A stretch of DNA of 64,000 bases from a virus, in IMG/VR virus record IMGVR_UViG_3300038316_000118, positions 430 to 64,429 of that record, one strand, 5' to 3'. Below the pieces are notes generated by a model. It was given only the letters and a program-made list of their open reading frames with translations, was not told the origin of the DNA and did not search any database. Below are positions 18,075 to 28,235 of the stretch, piece after piece (within the stretch, counting starts at the first letter, position 1; every line of letters starts with the position of its first letter). The position numbers and the translations under genes were made by a program.

Positions 18075-18446
18075 GCGAAATTTAAAACGGCTATAAACCT
18101 GCACGCTACCGGCATCCAAGCCACTTTCACCCCCAGGCTGTGAAAATGAGAACAAAGTTTTTTATAAAATAAACGCAAAAAGGGGACGGAGAAGAGCCTG
18201 CGAGCCTTAGAGCCATGCTGATTACAGAGGTTTGACAAAAGTCTGTAAAAAATAAGCTAAAGTCAATGTTATAATGGAACCATGGAGAGTCACAATACAA
18301 TTTAATAACGATAGCAAAGGCCGGTAGAGATGCCGGCTTTTCCTATGCCCTGGAATAGGCTGATCACCGACAAGGCGGCAAGTCCTACCGCTTTTCCAGG
18401 GCTCAATATTTTTAAAGGGCGATCACTGAAAGGACAGGTGGGGAAA

Positions 18447-18809
18447 ATGGCTAAACAAGAGGTATATTGGTTCCACCATGACGGGAACGCGCGTAGGGAT
18501 ATAAAAATACTAGAAATGAGGGCGGAGTACGGTGCTGAGGGCTACGGCTGGTGGTGGATGCTGCTAGAAATGATGCGCGAAGCTACCGACTACAAATTAA
18601 AGCGTAAGGGCAAATACCTAGCAAAAGAATTAGACGCAGAGCCAGACAAGCTAGAGCGGTTTATTGCTGATTGTATAGAAGAATTTGAGCTCTTTCAGTG
18701 TGATGAAAAATACTTCTGGTCTCCATCCATGTTAAGAAGGATGGAAGCGTATAATAATATTTGCGAAAAACGAAGGGAAGCCGCTAGGAGAAGCCATGAG
18801 AACAGGTGA
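18447..18809 (+). CDS. DUF4373/Lin1244-like replication-initiator N-terminal domain protein
   Basis: YWFHHDGNARRDIKILEMRAEYGAEGYGWWWMLLE. Confidence 0.7.
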   Translation: MAKQEVYWFHHDGNARRDIKILEMRAEYGAEGYGWWWMLLEMMREATDYKLKRKGKYLAKELDAEPDKLERFIADCIEEFELFQCDEKYFWSPSMLRRMEAYNNICEKRREAARRSHENR

Positions 18810-18950
18810 TACAGCAAATGTTCTGCAAATGCAGAGCAAAAGGAAATCACTTGCTCTGCGATAAGAATAGATAAGATATGAATAGAGGAGAAGAGAATAG
18901 ATAAGAGACGACGAGAGAAGATTTGAGGGGAAGGGAGTCCGAGGGGAACC

Positions 18951-19175
18951 ATGGCAATACCTGATCCATTATCAAAGAGATTTAACAAAAAAGAGCAACG
19001 CCTATTTGACTATTTGGCGGACAAAAACAATAGCCGGAGGATTGGCGATATATGCAAAGCCTTGCGCACTACTGCATGGACTCTATCAAAGACTCAGGAG
19101 AAAATAGAGCGCAAGTGTGAGGAATTCAATACAGAATATTTGCATTGGTGTGCAGAACTAGGAATTGAACCGTGA
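18951..19175 (+). CDS. Small HTH-like protein, in frame with 18447-18809
   Basis: GAGGGG RBS; IGDICKALRTTAWTLSK. Confidence 0.5.
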   Translation: MAIPDPLSKRFNKKEQRLFDYLADKNNSRRIGDICKALRTTAWTLSKTQEKIERKCEEFNTEYLHWCAELGIEP

Positions 19176-19232
19176 TACCCCCTTTTTCCCCCTTTGTGAT
19201 AGAATTAGAGAAAAAGGAGAGGGGAAATACTA

Positions 19233-19484
19233 ATGGAGTTTGAGCAAAGACGAGAATTAAGAGACAAATTACTTAAAAAGGCATACGACTATTACTTCGA
19301 GAAGAATGGGAGCGAAATGTATGTTGATGAAGGTAAAGAAGGCCCCGAAACACTTTTAGCATATGAGTATTTAAAGGATAAAAGATTGATTGAATATATC
19401 CATTTTGGCGGCAAGGAAATGAAGGCAAAAATTACATCATTGGGAATAGATTTTATTGAAAGTGGACAGAAATTTAACAAATGA
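19233..19484 (+). CDS. Hypothetical winged-helix-like protein
   Basis: RBS; AKITSLGIDFIE C-terminus. Confidence 0.6.
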   Translation: MEFEQRRELRDKLLKKAYDYYFEKNGSEMYVDEGKEGPETLLAYEYLKDKRLIEYIHFGGKEMKAKITSLGIDFIESGQKFNK

Positions 19485-19537
19485 TTGTTAACCGTTGCAA
19501 GCCCCTACGGGGGCTTTTTTCATGCGGATTCTAGGAG

Positions 19538-20083
19538 GTGGGGAGAGTGGCAGATAAGATAACAATTAAACAAGAGAAATTTGTACAGGGCTTATTTGCT
19601 GGCCTATCTCAGAGGGATGCATACAAAGAAGCTTTTAATACAACGAATATGAAAGAAAAAACCATAGATGAAAAAGCGTGTTTACTGGCGGGACGGGACA
19701 AGATTAGGGCAAGACTTGAAGAGCTCCAAAATGAGGTTAAAGAGCGCAATATGGTTACTATCCAGAGGATCCTCCAAGAGTACGCCAGACTTGGTTTTTA
19801 TGACCCTCGCAAGTTCTTCAATGATGATGGCAGTCCAAAAGGCATCCAAGAGCTGGATGATGATACCGCGGCAGTGTTAGCGGGGCTTGAAGTTATGGAA
19901 ATATGGGAAGGCCGGGGCGATAATCGTCAGTTTGTTGGCTATCTAAAGAAATACAAATTGCCAGACAAGAAGGGCGCTCTAGATTCAATGGCCCGGCACC
20001 TGGGGATGTTCGTGGAGAAAAAAGAAATTACTGGGACCCTGGAAGTAGGTATAAAATTGCCTAGTGATATACCGGATGATTAA
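19538..20083 (+). CDS. terS: Terminase small subunit
   Basis: KQEKFVQGL..G.SQRDAYK, ERVL-like IQRILQEYARLGFYD, KLPDKKGALDSMARHLGMF. Confidence 0.85.
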   Translation: MGRVADKITIKQEKFVQGLFAGLSQRDAYKEAFNTTNMKEKTIDEKACLLAGRDKIRARLEELQNEVKERNMVTIQRILQEYARLGFYDPRKFFNDDGSPKGIQELDDDTAAVLAGLEVMEIWEGRGDNRQFVGYLKKYKLPDKKGALDSMARHLGMFVEKKEITGTLEVGIKLPSDIPDD

Positions 20084-20172
20084 GGCGGTTATTATACTGG
20101 TGGCACTATTGCGGAAAGTCTATTTGTGCGGTACAATTTAAGCAATAAAGCTATGCGGAGGTGTATCGCATA

Positions 20173-20877
20173 ATGAAAAGAACTCATGGAGAATCAGTAA
20201 CCAGGTTATACCGTATATGGAAAGATATGCGTAGGCGTTGCAGAAATATTAATAGATCTGATTATTACTTGTATGGCGGCAGAGGAATAAAGGTATGCGA
20301 GGCATGGCAGAAATATGAAACATTTAGAGATTGGGCGAGGGCAAATGGGTACAAGGATAATTTAACCATTGACCGTATTGATTTTAACGGTAACTATGAA
20401 CCCAATAATTGCCGATGGATCACCATTGAGGAGCAAAACACGAACACTAGGCAGAATGTTTTTGTTGAAATAAAAGGTGAAGTCAAAACGCTAACCGAAT
20501 GGGGCAGGGCTTACGGGTTGCCATCTTCAACGATATTTACCAGATATAGAGACGGATTAAGGGGACAGGATTTAATTGCACCTAAAAAAGTAAGTTTTAC
20601 GGGGCATCGTCATACGGAGGAAACCAAGGCCAGAATAAGAGCAAAAGTAAAAGGTGAAAAAAGCCCATCATATGGGAAACACCCGTCGAAGGAAACCAGG
20701 TTAAAAATGTCAATAGCAAAAAGGGGTTGCATGCCACATAACAAACGTCATTTTACTGAAGAAGAAACACAAAAAATAAAGGAAATGGCATTGAATGGGC
20801 TTAGTATTTATCGTATTCATAAAGAACTGGGGACAGACAGAAGGGCAATAAAACGTGTTTTAAACGACGAGAGGTGA
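20173..20877 (+). CDS. Free-standing HNH-type endonuclease with NUMOD3-like repeats
   Basis: YGGRGIKVC, TIDRIDFNGNYEPNNCRW, HTEETKARI and PSKETRLKMS. Confidence 0.75.
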   Translation: MKRTHGESVTRLYRIWKDMRRRCRNINRSDYYLYGGRGIKVCEAWQKYETFRDWARANGYKDNLTIDRIDFNGNYEPNNCRWITIEEQNTNTRQNVFVEIKGEVKTLTEWGRAYGLPSSTIFTRYRDGLRGQDLIAPKKVSFTGHRHTEETKARIRAKVKGEKSPSYGKHPSKETRLKMSIAKRGCMPHNKRHFTEEETQKIKEMALNGLSIYRIHKELGTDRRAIKRVLNDER

Positions 20878-20882
20878 TGCTT

Positions 20883-22393
20883 GTGCCAAAAATAATAGCT
20901 AATTTAACGAGGCTCCCGGAAATAACTAATGACTCCTTCTACAATTTACATAATGATAAGAGCCGTTATTTAGTATTGATTGGCGGAGGTTAGGCGGCTC
21001 CGGAAAATCGGTGTTTGCAGCGCAAAAGGTAGTACGGCGAGTAGCGGGGAGAAGAAAACATAGAATTTTAGTAGTTCGCAAAGTAGCCAAGACCCTGCGC
21101 GAAAGCTGTTTTGCCCTGGCGCGTGGGGTTATATCGGACTTTGGCCTGACAAATTTATTCCGGGTTAATAAGTCAGACATGACCATCCGGCACGCAAACG
21201 GCAATGAAATTATCTTTGCGGGCCTGGATGATGTCGAAAAACTGAAATCAATATACAATATCACTTCCATATGGATTGAAGAGGCCAGCGAGATAGAAGA
21301 CACCGATTTTAGACAGCTCGACATACGCCTGAGAGGCGAATCCGATAGCTACAAGCAAATAATACTCAGCCTGAATCCGGTTTATCACGGGCATTGGATA
21401 CTGCAGGAATTTGTCGGCCCAAACTGGACGGCCAAAAAGCCGAACACAACCGTTCATCATAGTACTTTTAAAGACAACCGTTTTCTTGACGAGGAACAAA
21501 AGGAAGTTCTGGAGGCGTTCAAGGACGTAGACGAATACTATTACACCGTTTACTGCCTGGGCGAGCCTGGTGTACTTGGCAAAACAATCTTCCCGGCCAA
21601 GATCGTCAGCGAGCGAATAGCATACCTGCGAAACAAAAAGCCCTTAAAACGGGGCTTTTTTGCGTATGAGTATGAAGATGAGAAAATAGTGGACAGCTCC
21701 ATTAAATGGGTAGACGACTGGGAAACCGGATATATCGCAATATACGAAGAACCAAAACGGGGCTATCCCTATGTGATTGGGGGAGATACTGCCGGGGATG
21801 GCAGCGATAATTTTACCGGCCAAGCGCTTAACAACGTCACCGGCAATCAAGCGGCGGTCCTAAAGCATCAATTTGACGAAGATTTATACACCCGGCAAAT
21901 ATACTGCCTGGGCAAGCATTACAACCAGGCGCTAGAGGCCATAGAAACTAACTTTAGCACATTCCCGGTTAAGGAACTGCAAAGATTGGGTTACTGGCAC
22001 CAGTTTAAACGGGAAGCCATAGACGAGATAAGCAAGAAAAAATACCATAAATACGGCTTCCAAACCACCAAGCTGAGCAGGCCGCTTATAATTGCCAGAC
22101 TGGTGCAGGCAGTTAGAGAACACCCGGAACTGTTCAACGATATTGCAACGTTAGAGGAAATGCTTACCTTCGTTCGCAACGAAAAGGGCAAGGCCGAAGC
22201 GCAGGAAGGCAAGCACGATGATTTAATCTTGGGCTTGGCTATAGCACATTACGCGAGGGGACAGGAAATAGACAATCCGCCAGCGGAAAAGATAGCACTG
22301 CCCGAAACATTGCCCCCCGACTTGCGTCGGGATTTAGAGGCCGACCCGGCAGCTTTGGCCCACTGGCTGAGCCAGCATAAGAAATATAACTAG
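20883..22393 (+). CDS. terL: Terminase large subunit, reading frame broken at 20991-20995
   Basis: First frame gives ...YLVLIGGG then TAG; second frame continues GSGKSVFAAQK; Walker B WIEEA; nuclease GGDTA and HDDL. Confidence 0.85.
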
Positions 22394-22405
22394 AGCCAGC
22401 AACCC

Positions 22406-22430
22406 AGCACCCTTCGTGGGTGCTTTTTTA
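22406..22430 (+). terminator. Terminator-like hairpin between terL and portal
   Basis: AGCACCC-TTCGT-GGGTGCT followed by a T-run. Confidence 0.55.
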
Positions 22431-22452
22431 ATGCCTGAAAGTAGGTGATTTC

Positions 22453-24582
22453 GTGAAACTCCCCAGTATAACCAAGGCGGTGAAGCGGATAATGAAAGAC
22501 CCCGAACAGATGGACGAAGACCAGCGGCAAAACAAACTCGAAGAGTGGAAAAAACGGCTGCGCAAGGCCATGGAAGAACACGAAACCTTCCGGGCTGAGT
22601 GCGCCACATACGATGCGCTTTACGGCGGTACCAAGCAGATCAGGCCGCTGGGCAGCACGGATATATACGTTTCCGACAGATACCCGGAAATGAGTACCCC
22701 GGAGCCTGCGCGGCAGGTAGTAAATCTGTGCTTCCAACTGATCGAGAGCCAGATAGATATAAATCTTCCCATGCCGGCGGTAGAACCTACGGAAGAAGAG
22801 GACGAGAACGAACGCCGTAATATGATAGAGGGGCAACTGGCTTATATGGCCGGCGATACTTCGTTGCGCCGGATAAACAGCGAAAACGAGCGCATTGCCA
22901 AAAAAAACGGCATTGCCTACTTCAAAGTAGGCTGGAATCCCGATTACAAGGCGCATACCTACCGGGGAAGAATCGAAACCACCAATCCACATCCAGGGAA
23001 TGTGGTACTGCAGCCTGGCGTCACAAAAATCCGGGATATGGACTATCTGTTTCATATTGAGAATCGCACTATAGATTATATCTGCCGGGAATACGGCGAG
23101 GAATACAGGGAGGAGATAGAAGCCGAGAGCCTGGAATATGGGCAGCTGGACTATTTCAATGCCGGGACTGATAGCTCTACCGACGAGAGAACCAAGAAGC
23201 TGAGCATAATTGAAGCCTGGTACCGAGACAGAGACGGAGAAGTCGGCGTACTGACATGGGTAGGCGATATAATTTTGCGGGATAAGCCCAAATTTTTCTA
23301 CAAGCAGGATGAATCCGGCAACGCCATTGAGTATGACGAAATAGACATGCCCCAGTACGACGAAGAGGGGAGCTTAACCGGGACTGAGACAGTACGGGTA
23401 AAATGTCACGTCCCCGATTATTTTCCTTTTGTCCCGTGGTACAACATACCCCGGGAGAAGTCGGCGCGCGGGCTTGCCGACCCCTTCATTATCGCAGACC
23501 AGCAGGAGGGGATTAAGAAACTACTCAGTATTGAAGAAGAAAAACACATAAAGGGCACGACTAAGGTATTTGTGCGCAAGGGTACCGGGCTGGCGGCCAA
23601 GCTAACCAATTCAGTCAGCCAGATTATCGAAGTTGACGATCCGGCCGGCGACGTAGTAACTAAGGACCTTAAAACGCCGGATAATTCGCTTAAGGATTTA
23701 TATTTTATCTACGTTCAGGCGGCTAAAGATTCGTTAGGAATCACGGAGGCCAGCCAAGGCAGGACAGACAAGGGTAAGGAACTGTCTGGCCGGGCCCTGG
23801 AGATTTTAGCGGCGAACACTCAGGGCAGGTTAGGCGTAAAAGCAGACGAAAAAGATATCGCTTATACCGAGCTTTACCGTATGTGGTATGACTTCTTGCT
23901 AGCCTTTGCTGACCACCGTATGCCGTACCGCACAGATGGACAGTATAATAAACCCGTTTACGGTTACTGGGACAAATCCAAGCTGATTAAGCAGGATGAT
24001 GCCGGAGAATGGTATTATCCTGAATTTGATATTTACGTCCAGGCTGAAACCGCGTTACCGAAAGATAAGCGATTTATCTTAGACTTGGCCAACCAAGCCG
24101 GCCAGCGCATAGATAACGTGGAATACTGGATGCTCATGGAATCCATTGGAGTGCCAAACGCAAGCGCGATACTGGAAATGGAACAGCAGAAGGTGGCGAC
24201 ACAGTCCGGAACGGGCCAGGCACCGCTACAGGCGCAGGCCGCGCAACCAAGCCAAGGCCAGCAGCAAGGAACCATACCGCCGGAATTACAGCAGATATTT
24301 CAGGTTCTGCCGCCAGATATACAGCAAGCAATACTGCAGATGCCACCGGAAGAACAGGCGGCCTTTTTGTCGCAATCGCCGGACCAGATAGCAGCTCAGG
24401 TACAGCAGGCTCAGGGAGGGCAGCAGCAACCGCAAGGCGCGGATATGCAGCAGATAGAGGCTATTATCCAGCAGTTGCCACCTGAAATACAGACGCAGTT
24501 TATGCAGTTGCTGCAAACTGACCCAGCACAGGCCATGGCGTTGCTGCAGCAGGTTATGGGGCAACAAGTGGGTAACCGTTAG
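22453..24582 (+). CDS. Portal protein with a Q-rich C-terminal extension
   Basis: Position after terL, size 709 aa, P22/T7-like portal character. Confidence 0.8.
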   Translation: MKLPSITKAVKRIMKDPEQMDEDQRQNKLEEWKKRLRKAMEEHETFRAECATYDALYGGTKQIRPLGSTDIYVSDRYPEMSTPEPARQVVNLCFQLIESQIDINLPMPAVEPTEEEDENERRNMIEGQLAYMAGDTSLRRINSENERIAKKNGIAYFKVGWNPDYKAHTYRGRIETTNPHPGNVVLQPGVTKIRDMDYLFHIENRTIDYICREYGEEYREEIEAESLEYGQLDYFNAGTDSSTDERTKKLSIIEAWYRDRDGEVGVLTWVGDIILRDKPKFFYKQDESGNAIEYDEIDMPQYDEEGSLTGTETVRVKCHVPDYFPFVPWYNIPREKSARGLADPFIIADQQEGIKKLLSIEEEKHIKGTTKVFVRKGTGLAAKLTNSVSQIIEVDDPAGDVVTKDLKTPDNSLKDLYFIYVQAAKDSLGITEASQGRTDKGKELSGRALEILAANTQGRLGVKADEKDIAYTELYRMWYDFLLAFADHRMPYRTDGQYNKPVYGYWDKSKLIKQDDAGEWYYPEFDIYVQAETALPKDKRFILDLANQAGQRIDNVEYWMLMESIGVPNASAILEMEQQKVATQSGTGQAPLQAQAAQPSQGQQQGTIPPELQQIFQVLPPDIQQAILQMPPEEQAAFLSQSPDQIAAQVQQAQGGQQQPQGADMQQIEAIIQQLPPEIQTQFMQLLQTDPAQAMALLQQVMGQQVGNR

Positions 24583-25255
24583 GTTTCCGCACGGGTGGCG
24601 GTTTTTCTCTCCTTCCCGCTGCCCGTACCCACTTAATTATGCAGAGGGAGAGGGAAGAGATACGGGCGGTGATGCGGCGTGTCCCCCAACGAAATACTAT
24701 CAGCGTTATCGCGGATATGGCTTAGCTGTGCGGATTACCCGGATGCCGACCACGCCGCTATTTTAGGACATATAGAAAACTTGCAGCTGCTAGTGTTTGG
24801 GCTGGAGGCAGGTGATGCCCAGTGAGACCAGAAGGAACAGTGGTTGACCCCGGCTATATGTGACCCAGCCCCGAACTATCCGGTAATTCCGGAAGATTGC
24901 GGGGCTATTTTAGTAATCGGTTGCGAAAAACACCCGATTTGGGCAATACGGTTGCAATGTAAATTTATGACAAAAATAAGGAGGCGCAAGATGGCTAAAT
25001 ACCGCAAGAAACCGGTCATTATCAACGCCTATGTGGGGCTTTTCTGTTTTCTGAAAGGCGGCGAACATAGAAATGATCATAATTCTAAGCGATGGAGAGA
25101 AATACGAAAATGTAAAGCAGTGCTTAGGTGACTTCCCGCCCCGGAATTGGGCTTTTTTCTTGCCCGTAATCGGGCTTAACACCTGCACGGCGCAATGCCC
25201 GGAGTTCGCCGCCGGGGATTACCTGAACCAACTACTTGCCAAGGAGGTGATACAG

Positions 25256-25396
25256 ATGGCAGGGCAAAAAAACGGAAACGTGCCTAAGATGCCCATCAAA
25301 GGGATCCAGTCTTACGGCAGTGCCACCGGTAAACCCGCAGAGAGCGGAAAAGTAATTTACGGTTCCGACCTTCGGGACGGCAAAAAGGGTAAATAG
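25256..25396 (+). CDS. Small basic hypothetical protein
   Basis: AAGGAGGTGA RBS. Confidence 0.55.
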   Translation: MAGQKNGNVPKMPIKGIQSYGSATGKPAESGKVIYGSDLRDGKKGK

Positions 25397-25453
25397 GCCC
25401 GAAAAATCGCATGGAACAGCGTAAAAATCCATTAATTAAGGAGGAGTAAAACC

Positions 25454-26527
25454 ATGATAGAAAGCGTAAAAACAACGGATTTCGCTGCCCCGTTTGAGTT
25501 TGGCTTGCAGAGATTTGCGGAAGAAGGCGCTGGCGCTGGCGATACTGGCGGCAGTACTTCGTCGATAATCCCCGGCGACGATTACGCCAGTGGTGGACCG
25601 GAACCGCCAGAAAATCATCCGGCAGCACTCGTAGATTTTGATGATTTTGACTTCGGCGGAGAGCCAGAGGCCGGAGAACCGACAGCAGAACCGGAGCCGG
25701 AATCTGAACCTGAACCGATACCCGACCAGGTAAAGCGGGAACAGTCGCAAGAGGCTAATGCTGCTTTTGCAGAAATACGCAGAAAGGCAGAAGAAGCCGA
25801 AAGAGCGTTAAAGGCCCGCGATTCTTGGGTAGAGCAGAACTTCGGGCATCAGGGAATTAAAACCTGGGACCAGTATCAGGCTGCGGTAGCGGAAGGGCAG
25901 AGACGGCAGGAAGAGGCCCGGCAGCAGGAAGTGCAACAAAAGCCGCAGGCCGTGTACCAGCAGACCTACCAGGAGCTGATTGAGCAGGGTTACGACCAGC
26001 AAGTAGCCCATAGACTGGCTTCCCAAGAAGCCAACAGTGCGGCTTATGCCCTGAAAATGCAGACGCTGGAAGAAAAACTGGCTGCGCAGGAAAGGCAAGA
26101 GCAGGAAAAAGCACAAAGGGAGCAGCAAATCAAACAGCAGCAAGAGCAAGAGGCAATGAAGGAAAAAATGGCCCAGGAGTTGCTTTCCGATCACAAAAAG
26201 CTGCGGGGAGAATACGGCGACCTGGTACCTGCCGACTTGAGCAAGCTGGACCAGCCGACAATCGACAGGCTACAGCGAGGGTATACCCTGTATGACGCTT
26301 GGTTTTTGTCGAACCGCGCAAAGATAGTGGAGCAGACGCAAAAAGCTGCCTCCCAAAAGACGCTTAACAACCTGAATAGTAAATCGCACCTAAAGACTGA
26401 GGGAGACGGCCAAGGTGATTCCAACGCAAGCGCAATCCCTATGAGCGCCGATACCCTGCAGATGTATATGGACTCTGGCATGACGGAAAAGCAAGCCAGA
26501 GCTTTCCACAAGAAATTATATGGATAG
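25454..26527 (+). CDS. Capsid scaffolding protein
   Basis: Acidic, Pro-rich N-terminus, long coiled coil, position upstream of the capsid genes. Confidence 0.7.
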   Translation: MIESVKTTDFAAPFEFGLQRFAEEGAGAGDTGGSTSSIIPGDDYASGGPEPPENHPAALVDFDDFDFGGEPEAGEPTAEPEPESEPEPIPDQVKREQSQEANAAFAEIRRKAEEAERALKARDSWVEQNFGHQGIKTWDQYQAAVAEGQRRQEEARQQEVQQKPQAVYQQTYQELIEQGYDQQVAHRLASQEANSAAYALKMQTLEEKLAAQERQEQEKAQREQQIKQQQEQEAMKEKMAQELLSDHKKLRGEYGDLVPADLSKLDQPTIDRLQRGYTLYDAWFLSNRAKIVEQTQKAASQKTLNNLNSKSHLKTEGDGQGDSNASAIPMSADTLQMYMDSGMTEKQARAFHKKLYG

Positions 26528-26530
26528 GAG

Positions 26531-26929
26531 ATGAAATCAATGTTTGTGCTTGAAAGCACCTATGACGGTGCAGGAACCATAGTTGAAATCAAGCCCTTAA
26601 CCGATAGCGAGGCAGCAGCCGTTGGCGAAGGTTTTAAATTCAGTTCCGGAAAACTTACCAAGGCCGGAGCTACTACCAAGCCCGCCTATATTGGGATTCA
26701 AAAAGTGGCGGCCGGCGCCGGCAAAACCGTTGAGGCCGTAGCCGTACGTTCCGATCAGGTATGGGTAGCAGATTATGTGTCTGCCACAACCAGCGTACCA
26801 GCGGTGGGCGGTAAATATGCAATGGACGCTAATAGCGTTAAGGTTGATGCTGATACCACTACAAATGGAGTAGTGACCATTATCTCAGTGGATACAGCTA
26901 AAGCAAAATGCAGGTGTAAGTTTGAGTAA
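26531..26929 (+). CDS. Capsid decoration/cement protein
   Basis: Small beta-rich protein between scaffold and major capsid genes. Confidence 0.6.
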   Translation: MKSMFVLESTYDGAGTIVEIKPLTDSEAAAVGEGFKFSSGKLTKAGATTKPAYIGIQKVAAGAGKTVEAVAVRSDQVWVADYVSATTSVPAVGGKYAMDANSVKVDADTTTNGVVTIISVDTAKAKCRCKFE

Positions 26930-27023
26930 CCCCTAATACAAAGCAACTGAATAAAACCGCACAACAAGGAGCTTCTAATGAGGCTCTTTTGTGCCCTAAA
27001 TTTTGAGAGGAAGTGAATTAAAA

Positions 27024-27962
27024 GTGATTGTATCTGCAACTGCAGGGAAAATTGATGCGGCGATTGGGCGTTTTGAGGGCCCGCTTATGGCGTACATGCT
27101 GAAAGAAGAGCAGGACTTTGCCCGAGACAGCATTAAGGAAAAGCTGTATAACGTGCGCAAATCCAAACATTACAGCGAATCGTTTTCCGGTTTAACCGGT
27201 ATTGGCAACTTCGTGCCCACTGATGGCGCAGTTCCCTATGATGAATTTGAAGAGAGTTACAGCAAGACCCTTATCCACCAGGTATTCAAAAAGGGCATTG
27301 AGATTAAACGCGAGTTGATCGACGATAGCCGGGTAATTGACATGGAAGGCATGGCTGGAATGCTTATTGATTCATGGAATGCCACCCTGGAAGAATTACT
27401 TCATGCTCCGTTTAACAACTGCACACAAACCGACTTTACTTTTGAAGGAAAAACCTTCGATATTGCTGTTGCCGATGGTTTGGCCTTGGCTTCCAATGCC
27501 CATACGTCCAAAACCGGGAAGGGAGGCACCCAGGACAATTACACCACAAATACATTTAATGTGGAAAACCTGAAAGTCGCTGAGGACATGATGAAGGCCA
27601 TAAAGACGGATATTGGCAAAAAAGCCAACGTTAAGGGCGATACTATTTTCGCTTCATATTCTATCCGGAACGAGGTCTGGGAGGCCGTTCATTCTCTGGG
27701 CAAGGTTGACTCCGGAGACAATAACGTGAACCCCTATAAGGATAAGTTTAATGTTGTTATCTCCGACTGGCTGAACGACGGTTATTGGTTCTTGATAGAC
27801 AGCAGAGTCTTACGGCGTAACCTGTACTTCCTAGAAAGGCATCCCTTGAAAGTAACGTCGCAGGTTGATTTCAATACCGACAACTGGCAGATTAAGGCTT
27901 ACGCGCGTAACAGCCTGGGCTTTAAGTCTTGGGAGCCCGTTATCTGCAACATACCGGCCTAG
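27024..27962 (+). CDS. Major capsid protein (HK97 fold)
   Basis: Size and position; DGLALASNAH and WFLID..., typical C-terminal KAYARNSLG. Confidence 0.8.
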   Translation: MIVSATAGKIDAAIGRFEGPLMAYMLKEEQDFARDSIKEKLYNVRKSKHYSESFSGLTGIGNFVPTDGAVPYDEFEESYSKTLIHQVFKKGIEIKRELIDDSRVIDMEGMAGMLIDSWNATLEELLHAPFNNCTQTDFTFEGKTFDIAVADGLALASNAHTSKTGKGGTQDNYTTNTFNVENLKVAEDMMKAIKTDIGKKANVKGDTIFASYSIRNEVWEAVHSLGKVDSGDNNVNPYKDKFNVVISDWLNDGYWFLIDSRVLRRNLYFLERHPLKVTSQVDFNTDNWQIKAYARNSLGFKSWEPVICNIPA

Positions 27963-28014
27963 ATAGAGGGGGCACTAAACCCCCTCTTAATCTTATTTTA
28001 AGGAGGCGATATCT

Positions 28015-28203
28015 TTGGCGGCTACACATCATGAAGGGCCGTTGTTCATAGGCGGCAAACAAGTTACCGGCAATACTGCTATAGCGGAGCTGGAACAGAC
28101 CATTTCCGCTACACCGACGCAAGAAGAGGTTCAGGCGATAAGCGATAAGGTGGATGCGATTATAGCTACGCTTGTTGCCGCAGGAATAATCAAGGAGGCT
28201 TAA
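28015..28203 (+). CDS. Small virion protein (head-fibre-like)
   Basis: EEVQAISDKVDAIIATLVAAGII. Confidence 0.5.
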   Translation: MAATHHEGPLFIGGKQVTGNTAIAELEQTISATPTQEEVQAISDKVDAIIATLVAAGIIKEA

Positions 28204-28235
28204 GCGCCTCCTTTCCCTTTATAGCCTTAAGGAGA

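Noticed and set aside
20883-21013. Group I intron in terL
   Set aside because: The interruption is only 5 nt and no intron core is visible. The HNH gene lies upstream of terL, not inside it.
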